Positions 43,242-54,043 of a DNA stretch of 54,043 bases are shown here, piece by piece; position 1 is the first letter of the stretch; every line of letters starts with the position of its first letter. The stretch spans positions 1-54,043 of the forward strand of contig JAHBMJ010000230.1 in assembly GCA_018398765.1 (NCBI GenBank), written 5' to 3'. This DNA is from Chromera velia (taxonomy: Eukaryota). Made by a program: the position numbers and the translations under genes. The notes below the pieces were generated by a model, which had not been told where the DNA came from, searched no databases, and was given only the letters and a program-made list of their open reading frames with translations.

Positions 43242-46188
43242 GGCCTGGCCGTGTTCGATCTCGGGTCTGTCTGCTGTCTTCAGGACGGGCACGTGATTGG
43301 AACGGTGAGTCCTCTCCCTTCTTCCCTTTCTTTTTCTTTCTTGTTTCCTCTTTTCTTTCCTCCCTATTTCGTCCCCTACTCCCACCCTCCTCAGTTGTTC
43401 ACTCCCACTCTCCTTCCCTCGCCGCCTTTCCCCCCACCTTCCTGCCCGTCTCCTTCCTTTTCACCCTGCGCTCTTGCCCTCTTTGCTTCCACCCGTCATT
43501 CTCCCTTCCTTCTGGTCCTGTAGAGAGCAAATCGCAAGGTGTGCAACGATTAACGTCTTTCGCTGACTTCCTTTACCGTGTGTCCATTCGTACTTGTGGC
43601 CGGAGCCCTCCCACCCCGTCTATATCTGTGTGTATGTAAATCTGTGTATGCGCGCGCGCGCGTGCGTGTGTAAGTGTGTGTGCGTGTGAGTGTGTGTATG
43701 TTCATGCGTGCATGCGCGCGCGCGCGTTTGTGTCTGTGTGCGTGTGTGCGCACGCGCATGTGTGTAACCAACCACCCAGCATGCAGAGGTCATTGGCAAA
43801 CTTCCTTCTACTGTTTCCACTGCCAGGGTTTCCGATCTTACAATCTGTTGGTGTATGCATGCACATGAAGAAGACTCACCATGTCTTCTCTGTGAAACTC
43901 CCACAAAATGAATGAATGCAGGTCGGAGACGTGTTCGGCAGTGTGAACGCACCAATCTATGTCGTCACGATGCGACAGGGATCTCAAGAAAGAATCGAAA
44001 GTGAACTTGCAAAGGTCCGTTTTCTTTTGTTCTGCGTTCGTCTCTCTCCTTCATTTGGCCATTGTGACGCAGAAAGTACCTTCTTCGTCTATTCTTCCAA
44101 ATGTCGAAATAGGTGCTGTATGTGTGTGTGAATCGCTGTTCTTCTTCTGCCGTCCTTGCTGAACTTTGCTGACCCCACGATTCCTTTCATATCTCTCCTC
44201 TCTACCTTCCTATGTATCTCTTTCTGGTGCGTCTGTCCTTCTGTGCCAGTCTTTCTGTCTCGAACAGTCCCGAAAGAAGTGCATGAATGTATTGATACAC
44301 AAAGATAGAGCGGCGCCTTCTCCCCTCACACTTAAGGGTCTTTGTTTGTGCATGTGAACAAACCGCGCGACACGACATGCAGGCCGCAACAGAGAAAGCG
44401 AAAGTGAAGGTCTACTGCCACAAGGCGTCAAGCTCCGTCGTGAGGGACAAGGCAGGCGATTTCCCGGATTATCTCCAGGGGTGGGTACGTGGGTGCATGG
44501 GTCTGTTTTTTTCCCCCCTGTCTGTCTGAATGTCTCCTCCCCCTTTGCGTCCTGCCCGCCCTTTCTTTGATCCCTCCCTCCCTGCCTTCTTTTTGGGTGT
44601 TTGTTTGTGGGGGGGAACGAGAGACGGGGGGTGGCAGGGGGGCAGCGCCCGGGTAGGCGATGGTGCGGGTGAGACTGGAGTTCGGCGAGACGGCTACAAA
44701 TGCAGGCAGGGGGACTGTTGATTTCTGTTGATCAGGTGACGAATTGATCAGTCACTCGTCTACGAGTCTGTCAGCGATCGATGCCATCAGGGCAACAATG
44801 TGAATAGAGTCTGTAGACGGGCAGATGCACTGAGTGCATGAGGAAGTGGGTTCGTCAGAACACGAAGAGGGGCAACCTGCAGATTTACCCCCCAAAAGGG
44901 CAAGGGAGGCACCGACAGAATTGCATCGAAAGAATGAGGATGGACTGGTCCGTTTTTCAGTTGAACAGCTGAATAGACTTCTTCTTGATTCTCCTCTTTC
45001 TCTGCAGGGGGCGCGCTGACATGTTTGTTGATTTTGGCGCCGCGGAAGAAGTGGTCAGTCAGCATACAGGGGAATTAAGAGGAAAGATGAATGCAGCACT
45101 GTGAAAATAGAAGATTCTGCGATTTTGCGGTTCTGTTGCATGAAACTATTCGCCCTCCCGTACTATGCCAGTCTGATGCTCTCTCTCTCGCTTCTCTCTT
45201 TATTCGTCCGTGTGGAGAAACAGAACTCCTTTTCTGAATTGCAATCTTGCAGGACATCGAATCAGACGAAGATGTCATCTTCCAGGGAGGCGGCGCGGCG
45301 GCCGCGTCGGCTTCTGCTTCCTCATTCGCCCGTGGAGGCGCCGCTGCGGCTGCTGCGGGGCCCCGGAGGGCCTCGAGGGGCAGAGGGGGGGGTCGCGCGG
45401 CAATTGCCTCACTTCCTACTGACATGCAAGTAGCTGCTTTGGCGGTGAACGAGAGAGGTCGGGGTAGAGGAGGGAGGGCTGCTGGGAGAGGAAGAGGGCG
45501 AGGCGGGCTTCTGCAAGCTCCAGGAACTCTCAGGGGCCCCGGACAGCAACAACACCACTCTCGACAGCAATTCCCTACACCAGCAGAATTAGCAGCAGCA
45601 CCTCCGATTGAACAAACAGTCCCCCAGGGACCAGTGGAGATTGAGCCTCAGTTTCACTTCCCTCCTCCCAGTTCGTTTGGAGCAGGTTCAAGGGTCCGGG
45701 TGACTGGGGGTCCGGCGGCGGGGGCAGCTGCTGCGGCTGCTCAGGCTGAGGCACCAGAGACGCAACAACCATCACCGACAGCACCCCCTGAATTTGGCTA
45801 TGTGCCCGAGAGACCCCTCCAGCATGCTTTGCCGGTACACGGCTCTCGCCCACCTCTCTTTAACGCACCCCCTGCTCTTCCCCCGGGCTTCGCGTTTGCC
45901 CCTCCTCCCATTCCCCCCATGCCGATTCCCCCGTTTGGTCAGATGCCGATGCCCCCAATGAATATGCAGATGCCCCCCCCCGGGCTTGCCTTTTCCTTTC
46001 CCGGCAGAATGCCCCACCCTCTCTCCATGATGGGAGCAGCAGCTGCAGCAGGCCCCCCTCCCGGTTTTGCTGTGCCCTCAAGGAGAAACCCTGAGGAGGC
46101 CGCCATGTTCAGAGACGCCCGTGAGATTGCAGAACAGCTGGATCGGGGGACGTTTGACGGAGACGGGGGAGATGCGCCGATGAAATAA
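40703..46188 (+). CDS. NAF1: H/ACA RNP assembly factor NAF1 (Gar1/Naf1 domain), multi-exon
   Basis: An acidic/Ser-rich N-terminus precedes the spliced core MGTLLNVIASSEIATVQGRE|GLAVFDLGSVCCLQDGHVIGT|VGDVFGSVNAPIYVV...|KVYCHK. The last exon (45253-46188) has DIESDED, RGG and a Pro-rich tail. The linker exon(s) at 44.5-45.2 kb are unresolved. Confidence 0.85.
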
Positions 46189-48793
46189 AAAGGGGGGGTG
46201 ATGGGGATGCATCGAAGGGAAGGGAAGAGCGCGACCACCGTGTGAATTTTTGATACCGACGTCCATTTTTCTCTCTCTCTCATTCAGCCGATGACACTGA
46301 CCACAGAGGGAGTGCCTCCCTCCCTCCCTTCCTCGCACTCGACGGAGCCGAGTCGAGAGGTGCGTATGTGTGGTTCATCATGCGAAGCAACCCTTCCTTC
46401 ATTCCTCCCTTTAGTAGCTGTTCCTTCCTTTCTTGCACCATGCGCTGACAATTGATCTCCGCCTTGCGCACTTGCCTTGCCTGAACCCTCCGTCCTCCGT
46501 CTTGGTCCAGCGCTCTGATTTGATGACAGTCGGAGCCTGTTGATCCAGAGAAAGGAAACGAAAGGAATGGAAGGAACCTTCACAAAGCACAGACGCATGC
46601 CAGCAGTCTTGTTCCCGGCCGTCGTGTGACCCTTCTGACCCTCTTCCACCCCTTTCCCGCGTGCTTTCTGTTTTGTTCGGACGTGTGCCTGAATTTGCTG
46701 CTTGTCCCCTCACGATGGTTGGAAAAAAAAAATCAAAAGGATTCATCGCGTGGCTGCTCTTGCCCGGCGTTCTCGAGTCATGAATTAATGGAAAGACAGT
46801 TGCCAATTAACGAATCGGGGCATACTCTTATCTGTTTCCTGGCCGTTTGATCCACTTTTTCATCTCACTGCGTGGGGTCGAAATCGATTTATGACCTGCT
46901 TCAATTTTTTTCTACTTGATACCCGATTAATCAGATTTTAGAATTCATTATTCATTTGAGACGTATAACTTAAAAAACGTCCAGCAAGACCCTAGGATCG
47001 ACTAGAAAGGATCTAATTTGAACTCCAAATGAAAAGTGGTATATATCGGATTTTCCTAGAGATTTTCAAAATGATGTAGCATTGATTAATAGTATGATTG
47101 ATAGGTGCCGCGCTAGGCCTTCTATTGATTGATTGATCAGTTTCGCACCTAGTTTCGCACTATTCTAGGCACGATTACAGCTCAGGCTGATACTTAATAT
47201 GATGCTAAAATTTCATAAAAATATATATTGGGGGGTATATCATCTCATATGTATATATTATATTATATATAATCATTGATGATTGGACTTCAAAAAAGAC
47301 ATTATTTTCTAGATTATTTTTTGTTTTCATGATCGAAGCTTACATGCTCCACCGGCTTAGTCATTCATTCATTCATTCATATAGTAGCCCCTAAATGCCC
47401 CTAATACATCCTATATTATATTAAACATGTAAAGCAGATTTTAGCAAAGACTGCAAAGTACCTATAGGCGTCAGCTAAAGAAAAAAAAAAAGAAAAAAAA
47501 AATAAGCGATCAGAGGAGATTTTTTTTTTTTTTCTTTCTTTTTTTACTTTTTTACCTTGAATAACATTTAACAACAGTTGTTCAACACATGAACAACACT
47601 TGTACAACACTTAAACCTAGCAAAATACTGGCAAGGACAGGGTTAGCGCTATGAAGTAGCTTGGCATGGGTGGCAGACTACGTCCTATGAATCAGCATCA
47701 TTTACCAGATCATTTATGCGCAAGCATGCCACTCTGAAAGTAGAAGAGTTAGAAAAGAAACATCCTGGTTGAATTAAATCTAAATTAACGTGAACTACTG
47801 TTGTAAAGAACCGAACTGCCTCGTGCGTTGCCGCCGAACGCTAGACGCCTATTCATAGTCTCTTTGAATTTCGTCAGGTATGAATCTGAATTTTGAACAA
47901 TTAAATCGGGCCCCGGAAAGTTGTCGGGCATGTAAGTGGAGTGCCGGGGCCCCTTCCCCAACATGTTGGGGGCCCCCAGCATGCATTTTAAAACTCATTT
48001 TTTTCGTCCGAAATTAATCTGAATCAAGTGCTATGCAAATTTCAGCCGAAGTTCAACGCAGTATGGATGTCGCCAGCTGTACGTACAATGTTATTACGAT
48101 GTTGCAAAGCAGGAGTGAGTTTCAGTTTTTACAAAATTACAGCTTTTTGGGACTGCATGCTCATAAAATTTCAATCGAAGATTCACGACGCTTGACGATA
48201 CGTGCAACTCTCACCTCAACTCTTTGTAAGTACCCCTAAGCTATGCTTTCCGGGCCATCCGGCATGCAAGCGTCAAAAATCTTTAAATCGGCAAGTGCCA
48301 CAACATTCCACAACGGGATACACCCAACCAGTTGGGTGAGTGCCTCGGGGGGCTATTTAGGGGTCCGCTAATTGATGCACACCATCGGGGGCTTGGGCAT
48401 GTCTAAGTTGTGTGCTGCCATAGGGTGGGGGCCATGGCAGCGAAGTATATTTTTCGGGACCGCACGCGTATCGTATATGCATGTGCAACTCCATGCGAGT
48501 TACTTGAGGGGCATGCATATACAAAGTAATTATAAGGCATGTGCGATCACGGCTCCGTGCGAGTTGCTCGAGGGGCATATTTTCGAACTCGGGCGACACC
48601 GACCGTGATGGAGACAGAACCGATCCCCCCCTTAAAAATAAAAAAATGTGTTATGCGAGTGCGTGCGATCTCAAGGCCTCTCGGCTGATCTCAGCAGAGC
48701 TGAGCTGCCCCCCAAGGCGACTGGAATATTAACTTTGTGGCCTCAAACAACAAAAGCAAACCAGTCATAAGTGGCACTATGGTAATTAAAGTA

Positions 48794-49152
48794 GGGGAAC
48801 TCATACAAAATACTTTATACAACGGCGTTACATAACCCCCCCCCCCCCTAAACCATCAATTTGCTGGTTGCATAAGGCGGCGGCGCATATATATTGCATG
48901 CTAGAATGCGGCGGCGCCCAGAAGGACCACCTCCGCATAAGACCCCCCCCNNNNNNNNNNNNNNNNNNNNNNNNNNNNNNNNNNNNNNNNNNNNNNNNNN
49001 NNNNNNNNNNNNNNNNNNNNNNNNNNNNNNNNNNNNNNNNNNNNNNNNNNNNNNNNNNNNNNNNNNNNNNNNNNNNNNNNNNNNNNNNNNNNCCCCCCCC
49101 TCCAGCCCTCTTATGCAACGCCGTTACATAAGGTATTTTGTACGAACCCCCC
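48794..49152. mobile_element. MITE with 42-bp TIRs and a 4-bp AGTA target-site duplication; interior partly N
   Basis: 48794-48835 matches the reverse complement of 49111-49152 at 34 of 42 positions. AGTA occurs at 48790-48793 and 49153-49156. Confidence 0.85.
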
Positions 49153-49249
49153 AGTACGTGTAAGTCTCAATGTCGTAGGGGGTCATGATAAAATACACCT
49201 CTGATTTCCGGCTCCAATTTTTGATGCGCGACTCTGATCTTCAGTCTGC

Positions 49250-52178
49250 CTGGCTCTGCTCTTCGATCACGACGACTTCCCCCTTCCAGCTAAAGGCTCC
49301 GTCACCAACTTCAAAAACATCTCCACACTTGTCTCTTTACTGTTTTAGTGTTCCCCTTCCTCACTAGGAGTAGGGAATCCCCGTCTGCCGATTTACTATT
49401 TTTTTTCATCTGTTGTTCGAAAATCAGAAGTCCCGCACCTGTCTCCTTAACCACGTCCGTCCCTTTTCTCTTGGTCCCTTCATCCTGGGCCTGTACCTGG
49501 GCCTCTACCAATTGTATTTGGACGGTTGTTGGCTGGCGGGGAGATCTCTATACGGCATGAGGCAAAATCCCTGGACGAGTGGCTGCGCACCTTCCGCAGC
49601 GCTGCCCTCAGGGGGGCCCTGACTCTCGGAAGGGGGGAAGCTCCTCGGGCGGGTGAGTCTGGTCTTCCCCTTTCCCCCTCTAGTTCCCCCTTCCCCTTAC
49701 AAAGATCCACAGACCCCTAGGCGCCCCTAGGCAGAGCTTCTTTCTCACTCTTACTATCTCTTCCCCCCTCCCTTATATACATGCATCACAGGTCGTATAC
49801 GATGTCTTCAAAATCCTATAAAGGTGTCCTGCTTTTCACCGACCGCATGGAAGCGATCTGGGAGGAGCAGCTCAAACACGTGAGGAACGGGTGTTTGTTA
49901 GATCCGCATGGCATCTTTCTCTACTGGGAAGTCAAGAAAGAATTGTGAAGGGGGAAAGGGGACGAAAAGTATATACTCAGTGTATGGCAGACTGCTCGGT
50001 CTACTTTACAGCTGGAGTTTCTGCATTCTTTTCTGAAGAGGGCGCTCTACTCTTCCACATTGTCGGACGAGGTCTTTCAACAAGTTCTCCTAGACAGCCT
50101 GACAAAGTGGACGGGCGATCGAATCAGACAGAATGGAGAGCTCTTTCCAGAGGTGGCAGACCTCGCCTAACTGGTGAGTGAAATGTTTTTTCTCTTCTCT
50201 TCCTGCCCCTGCGACGGTCTCCTTTCTTCTCTTTCCCCCCTTACAGCCATGCTGGTCTCATGATGAACATTGATGGTCTCGTTTCTTCTCTTTTCCCCCC
50301 CTTGAAGTTTAGCCGTGATGGTCTCATGATGGACATTGATAGTCTCGTTTCTTCTGTTTTCCCCTCTTTTCCCCCTACAGTCGTGATGGTCTCATTTCTT
50401 TCCTTTTTAATTCTATCACAGGTTACGGCTGACAACCTGTACTATGAGATCATGGGTCAGCGTTTGGACTTGAGTCTTGAATATCTACGAAGGAAAAAGT
50501 CAACGTGTCGACTCTTAGGAGAGCTTTGGAGAATGGAATACGCCCAGGCCTGCAATTCAATGACGGAATCAGGTAAAGATCAGATCGCCACGGACGCAGG
50601 TGACCTAAGAGATGATGATAACGAGGAGAACTTCGATGAACCCCCTCTTCCGCCGTATTTTTCAGAGACGGAGCTCTCGGAATTCTTTTAGGATGAATCG
50701 GTTAGACAGCTCGGTTTTCCCCTTTTCCCTCCCATTGGCTTTTCACTCATTTTTCCCCCTTCTCCCCCCGTCAGCTTAAGGTTTCCGCTCGTTTTTCCCA
50801 CTTTCCCCCCCGTTGGCTTCACGCTGATTCTTTTTCCTTTGTTTTTGCACTGCATCGGATGCATGCAGAGCTTGGCAGCAGCGGAGCTCAGCTGCTCTGT
50901 TGCAGAAATCATGTCTTCAGAGAGACCTGTTTCTCTAACCGAGGTAGACCTCACAAATCTGTAAACAAGGCCAGGGGGCGCGTTTATCTCATACCATCCG
51001 AAGCCTCCGTCCAGATGGAGCTCTTCCATGAGGGATCTAATCTGGCAGCTTCACCAGAACCATGGCAACGACTACGCAAAGATCGCGTCAGAGCTGGATT
51101 CCTTACAAAAACTGTAAGATGGCGATGCCGCCAATATTATGGGTCAGTGTTTCCCTTTAATTCTTCTTTGACTTGCCAGCTAAATTGCCAATGATTGCCA
51201 GTTTTTCTCCTTCTTGTTTACCTGTTTTCCCTCTTTTTGTTTACTTGACAATGTTTTCCCCCTTCTTGTTTACTTGTTTTCTCTTTTTTCTACCTCCACC
51301 CCCCCCATCCCCTTTCTCCCCTCTGCTCCCTCCCCTTCTTGTGCAAGCTTTTCCCCCCTTCTTGCATTGCAACCCTCAACATCAACATCCCTGACTGCCA
51401 TATCTCGTACACAAACCGGTCGTTTATGAAGCAGTTTATCGACAACCAGAAAAAAAACGAGTGGGGGCAGACGCTCTCGCTTCCAGCTGTTCGATGAGCA
51501 ATAGAGTGCGGCACAACCACGACTCTTCGTACTTCGCCAGACGGTATGGTTGATGTTGGAGCAGTGGCCGGAGTTGTTCCTGATGCCAGATTGATTGTGG
51601 AGATGAACTCGGGAGGGGGGGCTATGCAGGAGGTGATCGACGTGGAAGAAGGGGGGGGAGGGGGTCACTTCGTGCCACCGCCCAACCAGTATGTGGTGCT
51701 TGCACAGCAGCGAGTGCAACTTGCACAGTCTTACCACCTGGGCAAAGCAAACTATTTGAAACTGATTCACATCCTCAACTTGTCAGTCAGGAGCTGCTGT
51801 GACCTCTGTAGGCTTCCGGTTGAATCTTTTACTCACCTGAAAAGACAGAAATACTACTTGTATTGCCCCCTCACTTTTCCCGATCTGACCGAATTCAAAA
51901 TCGTTGAAATCCCAAAAAGAAAACACATAAAGGAGGTTGCCCATTTAGCAAAGCAAGGGCAGGCATGCAACAAATGTCAAACAATCTTTGATCAGGGAGA
52001 CCGATTCTTTTATGAGGTCAAACAACTGGAAGAAGAGGGGGCATTTTTCATTTGGTGTCCATCTCCCCAGGGTAGAAAGCCTGCCAAAGAGTTTAGTCAA
52101 TGGGAGAAAGACATTTTGAAGGCATACAATTTGCAGAAAGCAAGGCAGGAGAAGAAGAAGAAGAAAGACGAAGGCTGA
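49250..52178 (+). pseudogene. Degenerate multi-exon DDE transposase relic (C-terminal half) with a Cys-rich last exon
   Basis: The exon at ~49792-50174 reads IWEEQLKHVRNGCLLDPHGIFLYW...VWQTARSTLQLEFLHSFLKRAL with internal TGA and TAA stops. This recalls the HV.C..DP.G..LY / RGT..LE.FH motifs of MULE/ISL3-related, DUF6729-associated transposases (from memory). The last exon has CCDLC, CNKC and a basic tail. Confidence 0.6.
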
Positions 52179-53389
52179 ATGCGGCTGAATGCTTAATACT
52201 TTGCCTTCTTATTCCAGTGTTTCGTGTGTTTTTCCCCCGTCTTTCTCGTTCTGTTCACTGCTTTTCCCGGCTTTCCCCCCCGTTGCTGTTTGTTTTCCCC
52301 CTTCATTCAGTTGTCATTATCATAATGACTTTGGATGTTGCATATTGCATTGCAATCATACAGATGTTTGATAAAAAACTCAAGACCCATAAGTATTAGA
52401 AAATTAGTTTTTAGAAGTATTTCGAAAATCAGATTAAAATTCTAAGTTAGTTCGAAAATCAAACTAATTTTGTGGCACCGCAGGCGAATTTTTTTTTTTC
52501 TTACTGAATATATTAGAAAATCAGCTTTTAGAACATGTTTGGAAACCAGACTAAAATTAGTGACCATGTTTGATTTGATTATATTTGATTTGATTTGATT
52601 TGATTTGATTTGATTTGAGCTTCAACCTCAAATATTTGATATTTGAGGTAAGATTTGAGGTTAACCTCTTAGGGTTCCTCACTGAGTCACTGACTTACTG
52701 TCACTCTGATCATTTTTCTCATGATAATAGTTATCAGAACATTTCTGATGTGTGTTTCAAAAATTTAAAAAAATATATATATAATTATAACTTATCAGTT
52801 CCGTAAAAAAAATATGCCTGTGTGGCAGTGTATATACACTAGTTACTGAGACTCACTCTAGTACTAATAGAGATTAAGAACGTAAAATTGATAGATTTAA
52901 AATTGTATATGACTTTTTGTTGATACGATAAAGTTAGAGCACGTACCAAAATTGAGGTGACAATCACTCAGCTTTATGGCACTTCCTTTTCCTCTTCTTC
53001 ATGATCACTTTCTTCAATATGAATTGAATCGATCGGTGGTGGGAGCTGCTGAGAGCTTTTTCTCTGGCTTTTCGGCTTTCCAGGGGTAGGTACTCCTGGG
53101 CTTCTATTCAGTTGCGGAGAGATGACAACGGGGTAAGACGGAGAACCGCGCATACATTTGCTATTGCTGTTGGTGTTGGAACCGTCCTATTTCTGGGCAG
53201 CTAAGCATCCAGAGTTGGTAAGTTCGGCTACCCTCTGTGCCGTACCAGGGCCGACAACAAGCCCCTTGTATTAAAGGTAAATATAGAGAGGTTGGTAGCC
53301 TTCCTCACCCGGAGTGATGACTTTCTCAGGAGGGGGAAGTTTCTCCCTAGCCTTCTCAACATTTGCGTCTGCGGCCGCCTCCTTTGGTT

Positions 53390-53906
53390 TCAAATTAGTC
53401 CTCCCGCTGGGCTTTGCAGGAGTAGCCCCCCCTCCAGCACTGTCAGCAGGCCCCCCATTGCCTTTTCCCTTGCCTTTCTGGACAGCTGCTTCGTCCCCCC
53501 CGCCCCCTCCGACCGCTTCTCCTGTCTTTCTTGGAGTAGCTGCACATGTTTGTCAGACGTGATCATCAAGCCATGCTGATTGATGAGATGGGTTTGAAAA
53601 GAACTGGTTGCCGCTGCTGCATACTCACAGCCACAAATAATTTCTCCTTCCCCCTTGGCTCCTTGTATTTTCACCTGATACTGAATCACATTTGCCCCCT
53701 TTTGCACGGACCATATTTTTTTTGCGTACCCGGCTCTAAAAACAAATGCCTCCTTCTTCCCGTTCGACCTTGTCAGATTGTATGACATGTCTTTACGGGG
53801 TGTAAAATGTTTGCAGACGCTTAAAAAGGGGGCCGTAAAAGATGTTCCAGCACCAGAAAAGTCAACACAGCTGTTCGGGAAAACGTTCAGCTGATCGGTT
53901 TACCTC
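53390..53906 (-). pseudogene. Exon of a gene entering from the right edge, with a BED/C2H2-like finger; convergent with the 49-52 kb relic
   Basis: There is an acceptor TTCATGCAG near 53907 and an internal TAA. The finger-like stretch reads IICGCEYAAAATSSFQTHLINQHG. Confidence 0.45.
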
Positions 53907-54043
53907 TGCATGAAGTAAAAGGAGGTGAAACGTCAATTTCAGTACAGCTCAAAACGTTTTTTTTTTGAGAGCAAACCATCAAGATTTAGGTTTTTTCATT
54001 TGAATCAGCATGCGTGACGGATCGGTACTTGCAAAAGGTTTTT

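Noticed and set aside
42354..43639. Long F/S/L-rich or K/E/R-rich ORFs (also at 17740-18169, 24731-25401, 16757-17496 and 30481-31001)
   Set aside because: They are translations of intronic microsatellites.
1..54043. tRNA, rRNA or Fanzor/TnpB genes
   Set aside because: I saw no cloverleaf with A/B boxes, no rRNA-like sequence and no RuvC motif set by eye. A covariance or HMM search was not possible.

Overview
This is intron-rich eukaryotic nuclear DNA: GT-AG introns full of (CA)n/(GA)n/(GAAA)n tracts, three N gaps, and GC-rich coding blocks alternating with AT/TpA-rich islands. The style resembles a chromerid alveolate such as Chromera, which is inference only. Three host genes look intact: a class V PLP aminotransferase/cysteine desulfurase-like gene (14.4-19.5 kb, -), an ALYREF-like protein with a UAP56-binding motif, RGG boxes and a non-RRM domain (36.8-39.9 kb, -), and NAF1 (40.7-46.2 kb, +). 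Most of the rest is decayed mobile DNA: a 3'-truncated Ty3/Gypsy element with its 5' LTR and tRNA-iMet PBS, a P-like transposase fragment, a NUMOD1/tandem-repeat pseudogene, a MITE with a 4-bp TSD, foldback hairpins and a second DDE transposase relic. The highlight is a ~5.9-kb unit (29644-35542) bounded by ~200-bp imperfect inverted repeats. It holds a 4-exon RAG1/Transib-like transposase (D-D-E, ZnC2, ZnH2 and DxLH...AAEF all recognisable after splicing and reading through stops), arranged tail-to-tail with an apparently intact, non-kelch partner gene. This is a ProtoRAG/MuDR-like two-gene architecture. A second window-wide signal is that most lesions in the mobile elements are C>T/G>A transitions, suggesting RIP-like or methylation-driven repeat mutagenesis.
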